From Longimicrobiales bacterium (GTDB lineage Bacteria > Gemmatimonadota > Gemmatimonadetes > Longimicrobiales > Gaopeijiaceae), in contig OZ220732.1 of the NCBI GenBank assembly GCA_965116905.1, positions 1,536,001 through 1,600,000 of the forward strand: a stretch of 64,000 nt of DNA, given 5' to 3'. Shown here piece by piece: positions 1 to 9,794 of the stretch. The notes under the pieces were generated by a model. That model had not been told where the DNA came from. It worked only from the letters and a program-made list of their open reading frames with translations, and did not search any database. How positions within the stretch are numbered: the first letter of the stretch is position 1; each line of letters opens with the position of its first letter. The position numbers and the translations under genes were made by a program.

Positions 1-30
1 ACCGCAGACATGTGCGGGACCGGTCCTCGT

Positions 31-927
31 TCATGATGGCCTCACAATCACCCGCACCGCCCGGGAGCGGGACGCGGATCCAAAGTACCCATGAATGCCC
101 TCATCGCCCTCGATGCCGAAATAGGGCCAGGGCTCGACAAGCAGATGGTCGTATCGATGCGCTGCAAATCGGCCGACATTCTCATCCAACCCGACGAGGC
201 GCAGGTTGAAGCGGGCTTCAGGGGGCTCCCATGGGAATTGCGGGTTCGACCAGACTGCCAGATCCACCTCGCGCTGATCCGGAGCGGCTTCGCGGGGCAG
301 CACATAGGCGAGCTGAGTTGGCTCCGCCAACAGGTTGCCTGCGCTGTCCGCGATCATCTGCAACGCCTGGGCGACGGAAGCGACGACCATGCCCACCTCG
401 GGCGGGCTCTCGAATCGCAACGTTAGACGGACGATATCACTGCCGTAGTGGCGGATGGGCCTCAGGACCACTTCGCCTTCAGGATCATGAATGGTTACCG
501 GGTCCGGGACCACCGTGATCCCACCAAACCGACCGAGATGCGTTGATCCTGTCAGAGTGTAGCGCTCGCCGCTCCGAACCGGGGCGGGCAGCGTCGCCTC
601 CAGGCAAACGTGTGGCCCATGCCAGAAGTCGTCGATCAGAACGCCGCAATGGTGCGACGCCACCTCCCGGGTAAACGCCGAGGGGCCACTTGGTCCGGTC
701 AGAACCGCTTCCACGACGGGGGCGTCGGCCGTGCCCGGCCGATGTGGATGGGTGGCGATCAAATGCGCCGTTTGCCATCCCGCGCTGAGAACCACCCCGA
801 TCGTGATTACGTCGCCCTCCGGTACGAACAATTCCGAAGGGCGGGTGTAGTCGCAGCCGGTGGCGGTTACCGCGATGACGGCAGTCAGTACGATGGTTCC
901 TGCCCTCGAGATGCTCTTGCTTGACAC
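31..927 (-). CDS. Putative outer-membrane lipoprotein (DUF4249-like), partner of the TonB-dependent receptor
   Basis: GTG at 927 preceded by AAGGAG; hydrophobic leader ending in lipobox-like TATGC; directly downstream of the TonB receptor; C-terminal 'GIHGYFGS' resembles DUF4249-type lipoproteins. Confidence 0.6.
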   Translation of the reverse strand: MSSKSISRAGTIVLTAVIAVTATGCDYTRPSELFVPEGDVITIGVVLSAGWQTAHLIATHPHRPGTADAPVVEAVLTGPSGPSAFTREVASHHCGVLIDDFWHGPHVCLEATLPAPVRSGERYTLTGSTHLGRFGGITVVPDPVTIHDPEGEVVLRPIRHYGSDIVRLTLRFESPPEVGMVVASVAQALQMIADSAGNLLAEPTQLAYVLPREAAPDQREVDLAVWSNPQFPWEPPEARFNLRLVGLDENVGRFAAHRYDHLLVEPWPYFGIEGDEGIHGYFGSASRSRAVRVIVRPS

Positions 928-964
928 TGGTTTTCTCCTTGAACATCGGTTTTGTCCGTGATCG

Positions 965-3337
965 TCAGAACCGGAATTCGATTCCCAGAAACGGCAGCAT
1001 CGGAAGTTGAGGCGCGTAGACCAGCTCGCTGACACCGTTGCCCGGTCCCGGCGACACATCCCCGAGTTCCGGGCCCACGCCCACTACATTGGGCAGGCTG
1101 AACAGGTTGGCGACCGACGCATACGGAGACAGGATCCCCCCTCCGAGCCACGACACTTCCCAGGATCCGCGCCAGCCCACATCAATGCGAACGTAGGGCG
1201 GAAGCGTCATCGAGTTGTATTCGCCAGCGATGTTGAGGACGCCGTAGGTCACCTGTTGAGTCGATTCGTCCGGGAACCTATGGCCGGTGAACGGCAGGAA
1301 GGCCACGAGCGGGGTCGTCGGCTGCCCGGATCTGGCCGAGAACCGGAGCGACCACATGGACGCGCCGCGCTTCAGACTTGCACTGAGTTCACCTTCGTGA
1401 TCCCTGTGGAAACGGGGAACGTAGGTATGGCCGGCAACGGTGCGGCTTACGCGTGACCATCCATAGCTGCCAAGAAGGCTCGATCCGCGGTGCGTCCAGC
1501 TCCACGACGCCTCGATCCCGCGGGCCGTCCCGCTGCCGACCAACCGCGCGTCCAGAGGCACCAGGAGATGCGACGCCAACGGATTTGCGCCAAGGGGTGG
1601 CAATCGCAGGTTGTCCAGCCAGCGGGCGTATCCTTCCAGCCGCAGGCTCATACCGAGAATCCGACTCTCCCATCCGCCGGAAAGCTCCGTGTTGCGTAGA
1701 GCCGGACCCTGCTCGACCGGGGCCAGCAGGTCGAAGGCGAGGTAGCTGGCCGACACGGGTTCTTCGTCACGGATTGAAGCCAGAACCTGGTGAGCTCGCG
1801 ATGCCGCGAGCCAGATTCTCCGGTCGCCCACTTCGTGCGACAGCTCGGCGAACGGGGCCGCTGCGGATCCAACGCCGACAAAACGGTCGGCTCGGCCACC
1901 GACCGTCGCGCTTACGCCGTGTCCGACCGTGGCCGTTAGGCTCGCGTACACCCCGCCGCGATGCGAGGAACGAGAGATGTCGAACGGGAGCAACAGGCCT
2001 TTTTCGTCGCTTCCGTCCCACTCGCCGCCCACGCCACGATGGGCCGCCTCGAACCGCGCCGCCTGCAAGCCCGCGTCCAGCGTGATCGAACCAGCGTGAT
2101 GACGAAAGCGCATCGCGGCCTGGTACTCGCGCATCTTCCCGCGAACCACCGTGGCCGAGTCAGAGTCGGGGATCCTGTCCTCGAAGACCACGTATGACCC
2201 GCCAAACCCACTTAGTCCCACATTGAAGTCCACCAGCGTCCGCGGACCGACCAGATCCCGATAGTGCAGGGCCACCGCACCGTTTCTCCAGTGCGCCCGG
2301 GTTGCCCTGTTCAACGCGGCGTCGCCCTGCGGCACGTCCTCCGGGCGGGAGTCCAGGAGCTCGGAGTTCCAGTAGCCTGTCAGCGACAGCCGCCGGACAT
2401 CACCGAAGTCCCGGGTGAGTTTTGCGTGGACATCGCCGAACGAGTACGGCACGCGCGGCGCTGCCAGTCCCACCGCGTCAATCCCCCTCGTAACGAGGTC
2501 GATGTAGGTTCGTCTTCCGTCGATCAGGAACGACGTTGACTCCCCGGCAGGGCCCTCGGCAGTCAGCCGCGCCGACGCCAGGCCAACCGACCCGCTCGTG
2601 CGAAGCCGGTCCCGCGCGCCATCACGGGTTGTGATGTCGATTGCGCCCGATAATGATCCTGCCTCCAGCGCGGCCGCCGACGATCCGGTCACCAGAGCCA
2701 CACTCTTGACGGCTTCCGCATTCAGCGCGGCCACGAACCCGCCAGCGTGAAACGGATTGAACAGGCGCACACCGTCCAGCCGCACCGGCGTACCTTCGGC
2801 CGACGCGCCGCGGATGAAGGGAACGGATACCCAGTCCGACGCGGCTGATGCCGAAGGCGACAGCACCGTTGCTCGCAGTACGTCCGTCTCCACGACAACC
2901 GGCTGCGCGCGCACGAGCTCCGCGTCCATCAGGTAGGTGCCGCTCCCGACTGAAAGCGGATCGTTGGCGCGCCGAGCGGCTACCTCGATGCCGTCCAGTT
3001 GAATCGGTGCACCGGCGAGCAGGGCTCGAACGCCATCGGGCGGCAGCTCCCCATGTGGGTACTCGAACTCCCACGCCGCATAGCCGAGTGCCTCCACCCG
3101 CACCACCGTCGGTCCGGGTAGCCCGACATCCGTGACGACAAAGGCGCCGTACAGATCCGTCACGGCTTCTCGGACCTCCCGGCCGGCAACCGTGACCCGC
3201 GCGTACGCCACCGGCTCCAGGCTCGTGCTGTCCCGCACAATCCCCTGCACGACCTCCTGCGCGGCCACCTGTGGAGCGGCAAGCGCGAAGGCCGCGATGA
3301 TTCCTGCCATTGCCGAGTTGGCTTTGTTCCGGTACAT
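965..3337 (-). CDS. TonB-dependent receptor with N-terminal carboxypeptidase-regulatory-like domain
   Basis: Signal peptide; 'QGIVRDSTSLEPVAYARV' domain; plug motifs (FIRGAS, LDGVRLFNPFH, LSGAIDITT); C-terminal aromatic 'GIEFRF'. Confidence 0.85.
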   Translation of the reverse strand: MYRNKANSAMAGIIAAFALAAPQVAAQEVVQGIVRDSTSLEPVAYARVTVAGREVREAVTDLYGAFVVTDVGLPGPTVVRVEALGYAAWEFEYPHGELPPDGVRALLAGAPIQLDGIEVAARRANDPLSVGSGTYLMDAELVRAQPVVVETDVLRATVLSPSASAASDWVSVPFIRGASAEGTPVRLDGVRLFNPFHAGGFVAALNAEAVKSVALVTGSSAAALEAGSLSGAIDITTRDGARDRLRTSGSVGLASARLTAEGPAGESTSFLIDGRRTYIDLVTRGIDAVGLAAPRVPYSFGDVHAKLTRDFGDVRRLSLTGYWNSELLDSRPEDVPQGDAALNRATRAHWRNGAVALHYRDLVGPRTLVDFNVGLSGFGGSYVVFEDRIPDSDSATVVRGKMREYQAAMRFRHHAGSITLDAGLQAARFEAAHRGVGGEWDGSDEKGLLLPFDISRSSHRGGVYASLTATVGHGVSATVGGRADRFVGVGSAAAPFAELSHEVGDRRIWLAASRAHQVLASIRDEEPVSASYLAFDLLAPVEQGPALRNTELSGGWESRILGMSLRLEGYARWLDNLRLPPLGANPLASHLLVPLDARLVGSGTARGIEASWSWTHRGSSLLGSYGWSRVSRTVAGHTYVPRFHRDHEGELSASLKRGASMWSLRFSARSGQPTTPLVAFLPFTGHRFPDESTQQVTYGVLNIAGEYNSMTLPPYVRIDVGWRGSWEVSWLGGGILSPYASVANLFSLPNVVGVGPELGDVSPGPGNGVSELVYAPQLPMLPFLGIEFRF

Positions 3338-3424
3338 GAACAGCCCCTTGTGTTCGCCCGGCGATCACCGGTCCTCTCCAGCGGTGTCGGTACATTCGCA
3401 AACGGATGCGGTGGCGAGTAGAGT

Positions 3425-3459
3425 GAAAAACCCCCGAATTAATGGGGGGAATACCCCCC
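3425..3459 (-). promoter_or_regulatory. Tandem GGG-TWTT-CCC boxes with 23-bp period upstream of the TonB receptor
   Basis: Minus strand reads GGGGGGTATTCCCCCCATTAATTCGGGGGTTTTTC; same arrangement at 35157-35192. Confidence 0.45.
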
Positions 3460-3520
3460 GGCACCGTGACCAAACCCTGTGGGCTGCCGGGATGGTTGAA
3501 GTCCTTGCTATCTGTTAATT

Positions 3521-3533
3521 AGATTGACAATCT
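3521..3533 (+). promoter_or_regulatory. -35 box TTGACA inside palindrome AGATTG-A-CAATCT upstream of the AAA ATPase
   Basis: TTGACA at 3524-3529 inside a perfect 6-bp inverted repeat in an A/T-rich patch. Confidence 0.4.
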
Positions 3534-3603
3534 GCAAGGTTTCGGGCGGCAATTCGTCTACCGCCTCACCCACCTGATCCGTTAGTGACCCCCTGGAACT
3601 GAA

Positions 3604-4803
3604 ATGCCCGTCATCGACCGCAACCTGGCGGGACCGCTCCGCAACCGGACGCGCCACTACCCGGTCGTGACCGTCACCGGTCCCCGGCAATCGGGCAAGA
3701 CCACGCTTTGCCGCACCGTGTTTCCCGATCGCGCCTACGTCTCGCTCGAGGGAATGGACGTGCGTGCCTATGCCCGCGAAGACCCCCGCGGCTTCCTCCA
3801 CGAGTACCGCGACGGGGCCGTCATCGACGAAGTGCAGCGGGCACCGGACCTGACCTCGTACCTGCAGGAGGTGGTGGACCAGGATCCGACTACGGGCCGT
3901 TTTGTACTGACGGGCTCACAGCACTTCGGTCTGACCGAGGCGGTGAGTCAGTCGCTGGCCGGCCGCGTGGGCACGCTCCATCTGCTGCCGCCGGGGCTCG
4001 ACGAGCTCGCGCGCTTCGGAGAGCCGGTGCCGAGCCTGCTGGAGGTGCTGTGGACCGGCGCATACCCGCGGATTCACGACCGCCGCATTCCACCTGATGT
4101 GTGGCTGCGCGACTACTTCGCCACGTATGTCGAGCGCGATGTCCGGTTGCTTCGCAACATTACCGACCTGGAGGCGTTTTCAACCTTCGTGCGAATGTCC
4201 GCCGGACGCACGGCTGCCGAAATCAACCTCTCGGCCCTGGCCGACGACATCGGCGTCCGCCACAACACGATCCGTGCCTGGCTGTCGGTTCTCGAGGCGA
4301 GCTTTCTGGTCTTCCGACTGCCCGCTTTTCGCAGGAACGTCCGCAAACGCCAGATCAAGGCCCCGAAACTGCACTTCCTCGACTCCGGGCTCGCTTGTCA
4401 CCTGCTCCGCATTCGGTCCCCGGAAGAGCTGCGCCACCACCCGCTGCGCGGGGCAATCTTCGAGAGTTGGGTCGCCTCCGAAATCTTCAAGGCTGCGACG
4501 CACCGGGGAGTGCAGCCCTGGATGCACCACTACAGAGCGGCCGGCACCGAAGTCGACCTGATCGTCGACACGGGATCCGAACTGATCCTCACCGTGGTGA
4601 AGTCGGGACGCACCGTTACGCCGCGCTTCTTCGCGGGCATTCGCAGACTCGGGCGCGAGCTTGCCAGCGCCGGCTTCGCAATCGAGCGTCGCGTCGTCTA
4701 CGGGGGCGACCGCCGACAGTCGCACGGTGACGTACGAGTCGTCCCGTGGCACCGCCTCCAGGAGCTCGCTACCGACGTCAGCCACCCCTCCCATACACCC
4801 TGA
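3604..4803 (+). CDS. AAA+ ATPase, AAA_14 + DUF4143 type, with degenerate PD-(D/E)xK tail
   Basis: Walker A GPRQSGKT, Walker B VIDEVQ, LTGS, KLHFLDSGL, GAIFES, EVDLIV. Confidence 0.88.
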   Translation: MPVIDRNLAGPLRNRTRHYPVVTVTGPRQSGKTTLCRTVFPDRAYVSLEGMDVRAYAREDPRGFLHEYRDGAVIDEVQRAPDLTSYLQEVVDQDPTTGRFVLTGSQHFGLTEAVSQSLAGRVGTLHLLPPGLDELARFGEPVPSLLEVLWTGAYPRIHDRRIPPDVWLRDYFATYVERDVRLLRNITDLEAFSTFVRMSAGRTAAEINLSALADDIGVRHNTIRAWLSVLEASFLVFRLPAFRRNVRKRQIKAPKLHFLDSGLACHLLRIRSPEELRHHPLRGAIFESWVASEIFKAATHRGVQPWMHHYRAAGTEVDLIVDTGSELILTVVKSGRTVTPRFFAGIRRLGRELASAGFAIERRVVYGGDRRQSHGDVRVVPWHRLQELATDVSHPSHTP

Positions 4804-6808
4804 AGTCCAGCCTCGCGTCCATCCCCGGCCCCGTCGTCAGCTCCACCTTCACCGGCTCGCTCAAGCCCCCCGGCGGGAGCCGGTCGTGCGAGCCCATCCG
4901 GCCCTCGAACGACCACTCGCGGTCCTCGCCGCCGCCGCCCTCGTCGCCGCCCTCCGCGCGCAGCCGCACGGGTCCGTGCACCACCGCGTCCGACACGTTC
5001 CTGAGCTGCACCTCGACCGTCGCCGTGCCACTCGCCGCGTCGTAGACGACGGGCCCCGTCACCACGAGCAGCTCGCCGGTGACGTCCGTCTCCTCGCCGG
5101 CGGGGGCGGCGGGGGCGGCGGGGGCCGGTACGCCGTCCGCCGACACTTCCACCGTTGTCGTGAACAGCTCGTCGATCCCGTTCCGGCGGCTGATCCACAG
5201 GGGATGAAAGGCGCCGTTCGCGTCGCCCGCGAGCCCCAGGTAATGACCGGGCTGGTTGCCCCTCGCATTGTCGAAGGATACCTCCAGTCGGGCGTGGCCC
5301 AGATCGCCGAAGTACTCCGCCCTGGCATTGCGGCTCTGCTCGGCCATCTGGATGGTCATTCGCTGAACCAGGTCCATCTGCGCGATCTCTTCTTCGGTCA
5401 GGTCCTTCACGTCGGGGTCGGCCGCGACGTTGTGGACGCGCGCCACGGGGGCGTGCGCCGGCGGCGGACAGGACGGCGCGCTCGCCACCGGGACGTTCGC
5501 GGCGAAGGTCTCCCCGCCATCCGACGACGACGTGAAGAACAGCTCCCAGCAGCGGCGTGTCTCGTCGCGGCGCCGGTCGTACCACGCCACGCCCACGACG
5601 CCGTCCCGGTTGACCTCGACCACCGGAAGCATGCGGTCGTCGAGCGGGTCGCCGGGTGCCGGTCGCTCGTTGTCGTTGAGCCGCATCTGGTCCGACCAAC
5701 TCCGGCCCCCGTCAGTGGAGCGCCGGAACCAGACGTCGGAGGTGGCGCCGGCCGCCGCGTCCCCTCCGGTCACCCCGTCCCACACGACGTAGATGTTGTC
5801 GGCGTGCGGCCCGTCGGTCCGGTCCCAGGCCACGATCGGCAGCGTAAACGCGCTGGTCATCTCGGTTTGCGCGTAGGGCCAGGAGTGGGTGCCCACCCGG
5901 AACGCGACCTCCGGCTCGGTGAAGGTCTCGCCGCCGTCCTCCGACCGCATGGTGAAGAACGGCATCCGGGCGTTCTCTTCGTCGGTCAGCGGGAAGAAGT
6001 ACTGGTAGAAGGTCACCAGCAGCGCGCCGTCGGACAGCACGACGGGCTCGGTGGCCACCAGCTTGCCGCCGGGTATGGTCGCCAGAAGCTTCGGCTCGCT
6101 CACCGTGGCGCCCCCGTCGTCGAGGGTGTGCAGGAAGAGCTGGAAGTCGTCCCGGATGAACGAGTCGCGCACGTCGTTCCACACCACGTAGAGGCGGCCG
6201 CGGTTGGGGCCGTCGCTCCAGTCCGCGGCGATGCGGGCGTGGTCGGGCGGCACGGGGCTGCGCAGACGCGCGGGACCGGTCCAGGTCGCGCCCTCGTCGT
6301 CGGTCGACCACACCATGATCGTGCCGTTGGTGCGCACCGGCTGATCGGGCAGCAGGCCTCCCATCGTGTTGGCGCCGACGTAGCAGTAGAGGATCCACAT
6401 CCGTCCGTCCGGGCCGGGCACGACCATCGGGTCGAAGGCCCCGGGCTCGTCGCCGGGCAGCGTGACCGGTTCCCACGCGACCCCGCCGTTGCGGCTCAGG
6501 AAGGCCGCGTTGCTGCGCGTGGACAGCGTCAGGGCCATCGAAGGGTCCGGAAAGCTCATGCCGCCCGTCTGGGTGACCGCGATCAGGAAGTCGGGGTTGT
6601 CCGGACTGGCCGCGATCCACGGCTCGTTGTACTGGCCCGGCCCCACACGGAGGTTGGGGCCGACGACGACTTCGGGGGACTGGGCCGCGAGAGGGGCGGC
6701 GAGAGGACTGGCGAGAGGGCCGGCCGCGGGGATCATCGCGGCCGCGGCAACGCCGACCGCGAGGCCAGCCGCCGTCGTGGCCATGGCCGGCATTGCACTC
6801 GTCTTCAT
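4778..6808 (-). CDS. Secreted BNR/Asp-box (sialidase-like) beta-propeller protein
   Basis: Signal peptide from ATG 6808; Asp-box repeats SRNGGVAW, STDDEGATW, SEDGGETF, STDGGRSW, SSDGGETF; the upstream part of the listed 1105-aa ORF is antisense shadow. Confidence 0.8.
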   Translation of the reverse strand: MKTSAMPAMATTAAGLAVGVAAAAMIPAAGPLASPLAAPLAAQSPEVVVGPNLRVGPGQYNEPWIAASPDNPDFLIAVTQTGGMSFPDPSMALTLSTRSNAAFLSRNGGVAWEPVTLPGDEPGAFDPMVVPGPDGRMWILYCYVGANTMGGLLPDQPVRTNGTIMVWSTDDEGATWTGPARLRSPVPPDHARIAADWSDGPNRGRLYVVWNDVRDSFIRDDFQLFLHTLDDGGATVSEPKLLATIPGGKLVATEPVVLSDGALLVTFYQYFFPLTDEENARMPFFTMRSEDGGETFTEPEVAFRVGTHSWPYAQTEMTSAFTLPIVAWDRTDGPHADNIYVVWDGVTGGDAAAGATSDVWFRRSTDGGRSWSDQMRLNDNERPAPGDPLDDRMLPVVEVNRDGVVGVAWYDRRRDETRRCWELFFTSSSDGGETFAANVPVASAPSCPPPAHAPVARVHNVAADPDVKDLTEEEIAQMDLVQRMTIQMAEQSRNARAEYFGDLGHARLEVSFDNARGNQPGHYLGLAGDANGAFHPLWISRRNGIDELFTTTVEVSADGVPAPAAPAAPAGEETDVTGELLVVTGPVVYDAASGTATVEVQLRNVSDAVVHGPVRLRAEGGDEGGGGEDREWSFEGRMGSHDRLPPGGLSEPVKVELTTGPGMDARLDFRVYGRGG

Positions 6809-6901
6809 GGTCCAGATCCTTGCAGAATGGGGCTGTGGTCGAGAGTCTGTGTCGATCACCATGGTTGCCCGCTGTGACCAAAACAAGAGAGGAAGCAGCA
6901 G

Positions 6902-8209
6902 TTGAACCACGACTACGACGCGATCATCATCGGCGCGGGCGTCATCGGCACCGCCACGGGCTTCGAACTCGCGAAGCGCGGCTACCGCACCCTCAACGTG
7001 GACAAGCAGCCGACCGCCGGCTCCGGCTCGACGTGCAACACCTGCGCGATCATCCGCCTGCACTACTCCACGCCCGACGGCTGCGCGATGGCCCGCGAGA
7101 GCTACTTCTACTGGCTCGACTGGGGCCGCTACCTGGGCGTGGCCGACGAGATGGGGCTGGCGAAGTACGTCAACACCGGATGCCTCGTCGTCAAGAACGA
7201 CCGCAACAGCAACCTGACGAACGTGATGGCCGCGCTCGACGAGCTGCACGTCGCCTACGAGGACCTCACCGCCGACGGGGTGCGCGCGCGCTTCCCCTGG
7301 ATCGACACCCGCACCTACGGCCCGCCGGTCACCACCGACGACGAGCGCTTCGGCGAGCCCACGGGCGGGGACATCCGCGGGGCCGTCTACATCCCCGAAT
7401 CCGGCTACATCGACGATCCCACCCTCGCGTGCCACAACCTGCAGCGGGCGAACGAGGCGCATGGCGGCGAGTACCGTTTCAAGGCCGAGGTTGTAGAGGT
7501 TTTGAAGAGCGGCGGCCGCGTCGCGGGAATCCGCCTCGCCGACGGCACCCGCATCCACGCGCCGGTGGTGGTGAATGTGGGCGGACCGCACTCGGCGATC
7601 ATCAACCGAATGGCCGGCGTTCTCGACGGCATGAACATCTCGACGCGCGCCCTCAAGCAGGAGGTGTGCTACGTCCCGGCCCCCGCCGGCATGGACTACA
7701 ACCAGCTCGCGCCGCTCATCTCCGACGGCGACATCGGGTGCTACTCGCGGCCGACCACCGGCAACCACATCCTGATCGGCTCCGAGGACCCGCCCTGCGA
7801 CGTGCTGGAGTGGGTGGAAGACCCGGACGACTACAACACCAACTTCACCCACCAGTGGGAGACGCAGGTCATGCGCGAGGCCCAGCGGCTGAAAGGCCTG
7901 GGGATCCCCGGTCAGACCGGCGGACTGGTCGACCTCTACGACGTATCCGACGACTGGATCCCGATCTACGACAAGTCCGACCTTCCCGGCTTCTATATGG
8001 CCGTGGGGACTTCGGGGAACCAGTTCAAGAACGCGCCGGTGGCGGGCAAGCTCATGGCCGAGTTGATCGAGCAGGTGGAGGGCGGCCGCGACCACGATGT
8101 CGACCCGGTGACAATGCCGCTCACGTACACCCGCAGGACCTGCGACATCGGGTTCTTCAGCCGCAGGAGGTCGCTGAATCCGGATTCGTCGTATTCCGTG
8201 ATCGGCTGA
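6902..8209 (+). CDS. FAD-dependent oxidoreductase, DAO/sarcosine-oxidase-beta family
   Basis: TTG start after GAGGA; Rossmann motif DAIIIGAGVIG, GSGST; C-terminal DWIPIYD and GTSGNQFKNAP. Confidence 0.85.
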   Translation: MNHDYDAIIIGAGVIGTATGFELAKRGYRTLNVDKQPTAGSGSTCNTCAIIRLHYSTPDGCAMARESYFYWLDWGRYLGVADEMGLAKYVNTGCLVVKNDRNSNLTNVMAALDELHVAYEDLTADGVRARFPWIDTRTYGPPVTTDDERFGEPTGGDIRGAVYIPESGYIDDPTLACHNLQRANEAHGGEYRFKAEVVEVLKSGGRVAGIRLADGTRIHAPVVVNVGGPHSAIINRMAGVLDGMNISTRALKQEVCYVPAPAGMDYNQLAPLISDGDIGCYSRPTTGNHILIGSEDPPCDVLEWVEDPDDYNTNFTHQWETQVMREAQRLKGLGIPGQTGGLVDLYDVSDDWIPIYDKSDLPGFYMAVGTSGNQFKNAPVAGKLMAELIEQVEGGRDHDVDPVTMPLTYTRRTCDIGFFSRRRSLNPDSSYSVIG

Positions 8210-8262
8210 TGGATCCGGCCGAACGCGGGACGCGCCGCACCGGCGGGATGCCCCGCACCGGG

Positions 8263-9484
8263 ATGCCGCTGGCTCCGACCCGGCCGTCTATGGCGCTCCG
8301 CACCGCTCAAGCGCCAATACGAAGTCGTCATCATCGGCGGCGGCATCCACGGACTCGCGACCGCCTACTACCTGGCGCGCACCCACGGAATAAGCGACGT
8401 CGCCGTGCTGGAGTCGCACTACCTCGGTTTCGGCGGCTCCGGACGGAACACCGCAATCGTTCGCGCCAACCAGCGAACGGCCGAGAACGTGCGGCTCTAC
8501 GACGAAGGGCTGAAGCTGTGGCCCGTCCTCACCAACGAGCTCGACTTCAACCTCATGTTCTTCAACTGCGGGACCCTCAACATCGGCCACAGCGAGGCCG
8601 CGATGAACGGGTTTCGCATGCAGGCCAGCACCCACAACCTCCTGGGCGTGAAGTCGGAGGTGCTCGATCCGCAGCAGTGCGCGGAGGTCATTCCCGGGCT
8701 CGACATCTCCGACCGGCTCGCGTTTCCGATCCACGGAGGCCTGTACCATCCGCCCGGCGGGATCGTGCGGCACGACGCGGTCGTGTGGGGTCTGGCGAAG
8801 GGGGCGAGCGCGCTCGGCGTGCACATCCACCAGGGGTGCGACGTGCAGGGGATCGATACCCGCAACGGCCGCGTGACCGGCGTCCGCACCAGCCTGGGAC
8901 CCATCGGGTGCAAGCGGCTGGGCATCATGGCGGGCGGATACGGTTCGGCGGTGGCCGCCATGCTGGGGATCGAGCTGCCCATCCACCCGCTCACGATCCA
9001 GGCGATGGTCACGCACCCCCTCAAGCCGTTTCTCCACCACGTCTTCAGTTCGGGCGCCTACCACGTCTACGCCAACCAGACGCTCAAGGGCGAGATCGCG
9101 ACCGGCGCCCACATGGATCCGCAGGTCAACTACACGACCGACGCGACCGCGTACTACCTCAAGCACCAGGCCGAGGCGCTCAGCGAACTCATGCCCGCGC
9201 TGCGCGGCGTGCGGTTCATGCGCATCTGGTCGGGCCTCGCCGACATGACCCCGGACATGGCGCCCATCATGGAGGGCGAACTGGGCTACGACGGGCTCTA
9301 CCTCGACGCCGGCTGGGGGTACTTCGGCTTCAAGTCGGGGCCGGTAGCGGGCAAGTACATGGCCGAATACATGTCGAGCGGCGAGCGGCCGGAGATCCTC
9401 AGGGCGTTTCAGCTGAAACGTTTCCTGGAGGGCCGCTACTCGGGCGAGACGGCGTCGGTCATGAAATACGGGCACTGGGACTGA
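8263..9484 (+). CDS. soxB: Sarcosine oxidase beta subunit-like; apparent 1-nt frameshift just after the start
   Basis: YEVVIIGGGIHGLATAYYLA, GGSGRNT, RHDAVVWG, DMTPD and GWGYFGFK are typical SoxB motifs. The coding frame has no ATG/GTG/TTG upstream of the FAD motif; ATGs at 8209, 8248, 8263 and 8290 are all in the neighbouring frame. Confidence 0.8.
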
Positions 9485-9492
9485 TGCGCGCG

Positions 9493-9550
9493 CGGCGACC
9501 GGCGGGGGCCCGGCGACCGGCGGGGGCCCGGCGACTGACGGGGGCCCGGC
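9493..9550 (+). repeat. 18-bp tandem repeat x3 (CGGCGACCGGCGGGGGCC) between soxB and soxD
   Basis: Copies at 9493, 9511 and 9529 (third has 2 mismatches). Confidence 0.9.
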
Positions 9551-9551
9551 C

Positions 9552-9794
9552 ATGACCTTTCGACTCACCTGCCCCGTCTGCGGCAAGCGCGACGTGTACG
9601 AGTTCACCTTCGGCGGACAGGAGCGGGGTCCGCGGCCCGAGCAGGACGGGCTGAGCGCGGAGGAGCACTTCCGGTGGACGCAGTTCCGCCTGATCCCGAA
9701 CGAGCCGCAGGAGGAATGGTGGTATCACGGGCAGGGCTGCGGCGTGTGGTTCAAGACGACACGGGATCCGGGCACCAACCGGGAGGTCAGGTGA
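9552..9794 (+). CDS. soxD: Sarcosine oxidase delta subunit
   Basis: CPVCGKRDVYEFTFGG and EWWYHGQGCGVWFKTTRD zinc-binding pattern. Confidence 0.88.
   Translation: MTFRLTCPVCGKRDVYEFTFGGQERGPRPEQDGLSAEEHFRWTQFRLIPNEPQEEWWYHGQGCGVWFKTTRDPGTNREVR

Noticed and set aside
6809..8095. N-terminal extension making the BNR protein 1105 aa
   Set aside because: It is antisense to the FAD oxidoreductase; a clear signal peptide starts at ATG 6808
8207..8209. Selenocysteine recoding of the TGA between the two flavoprotein genes
   Set aside because: The upstream protein ends at a natural-looking C-terminus, the position is not a catalytic Cys site, and no SECIS can be supported; a single-base indel explains the data more simply
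9493..9550. CRISPR-like repeats (also 31705-31762 and the Sel1 repeats)
   Set aside because: Repeats are contiguous with no unique spacers, or are protein-coding; no cas genes seen
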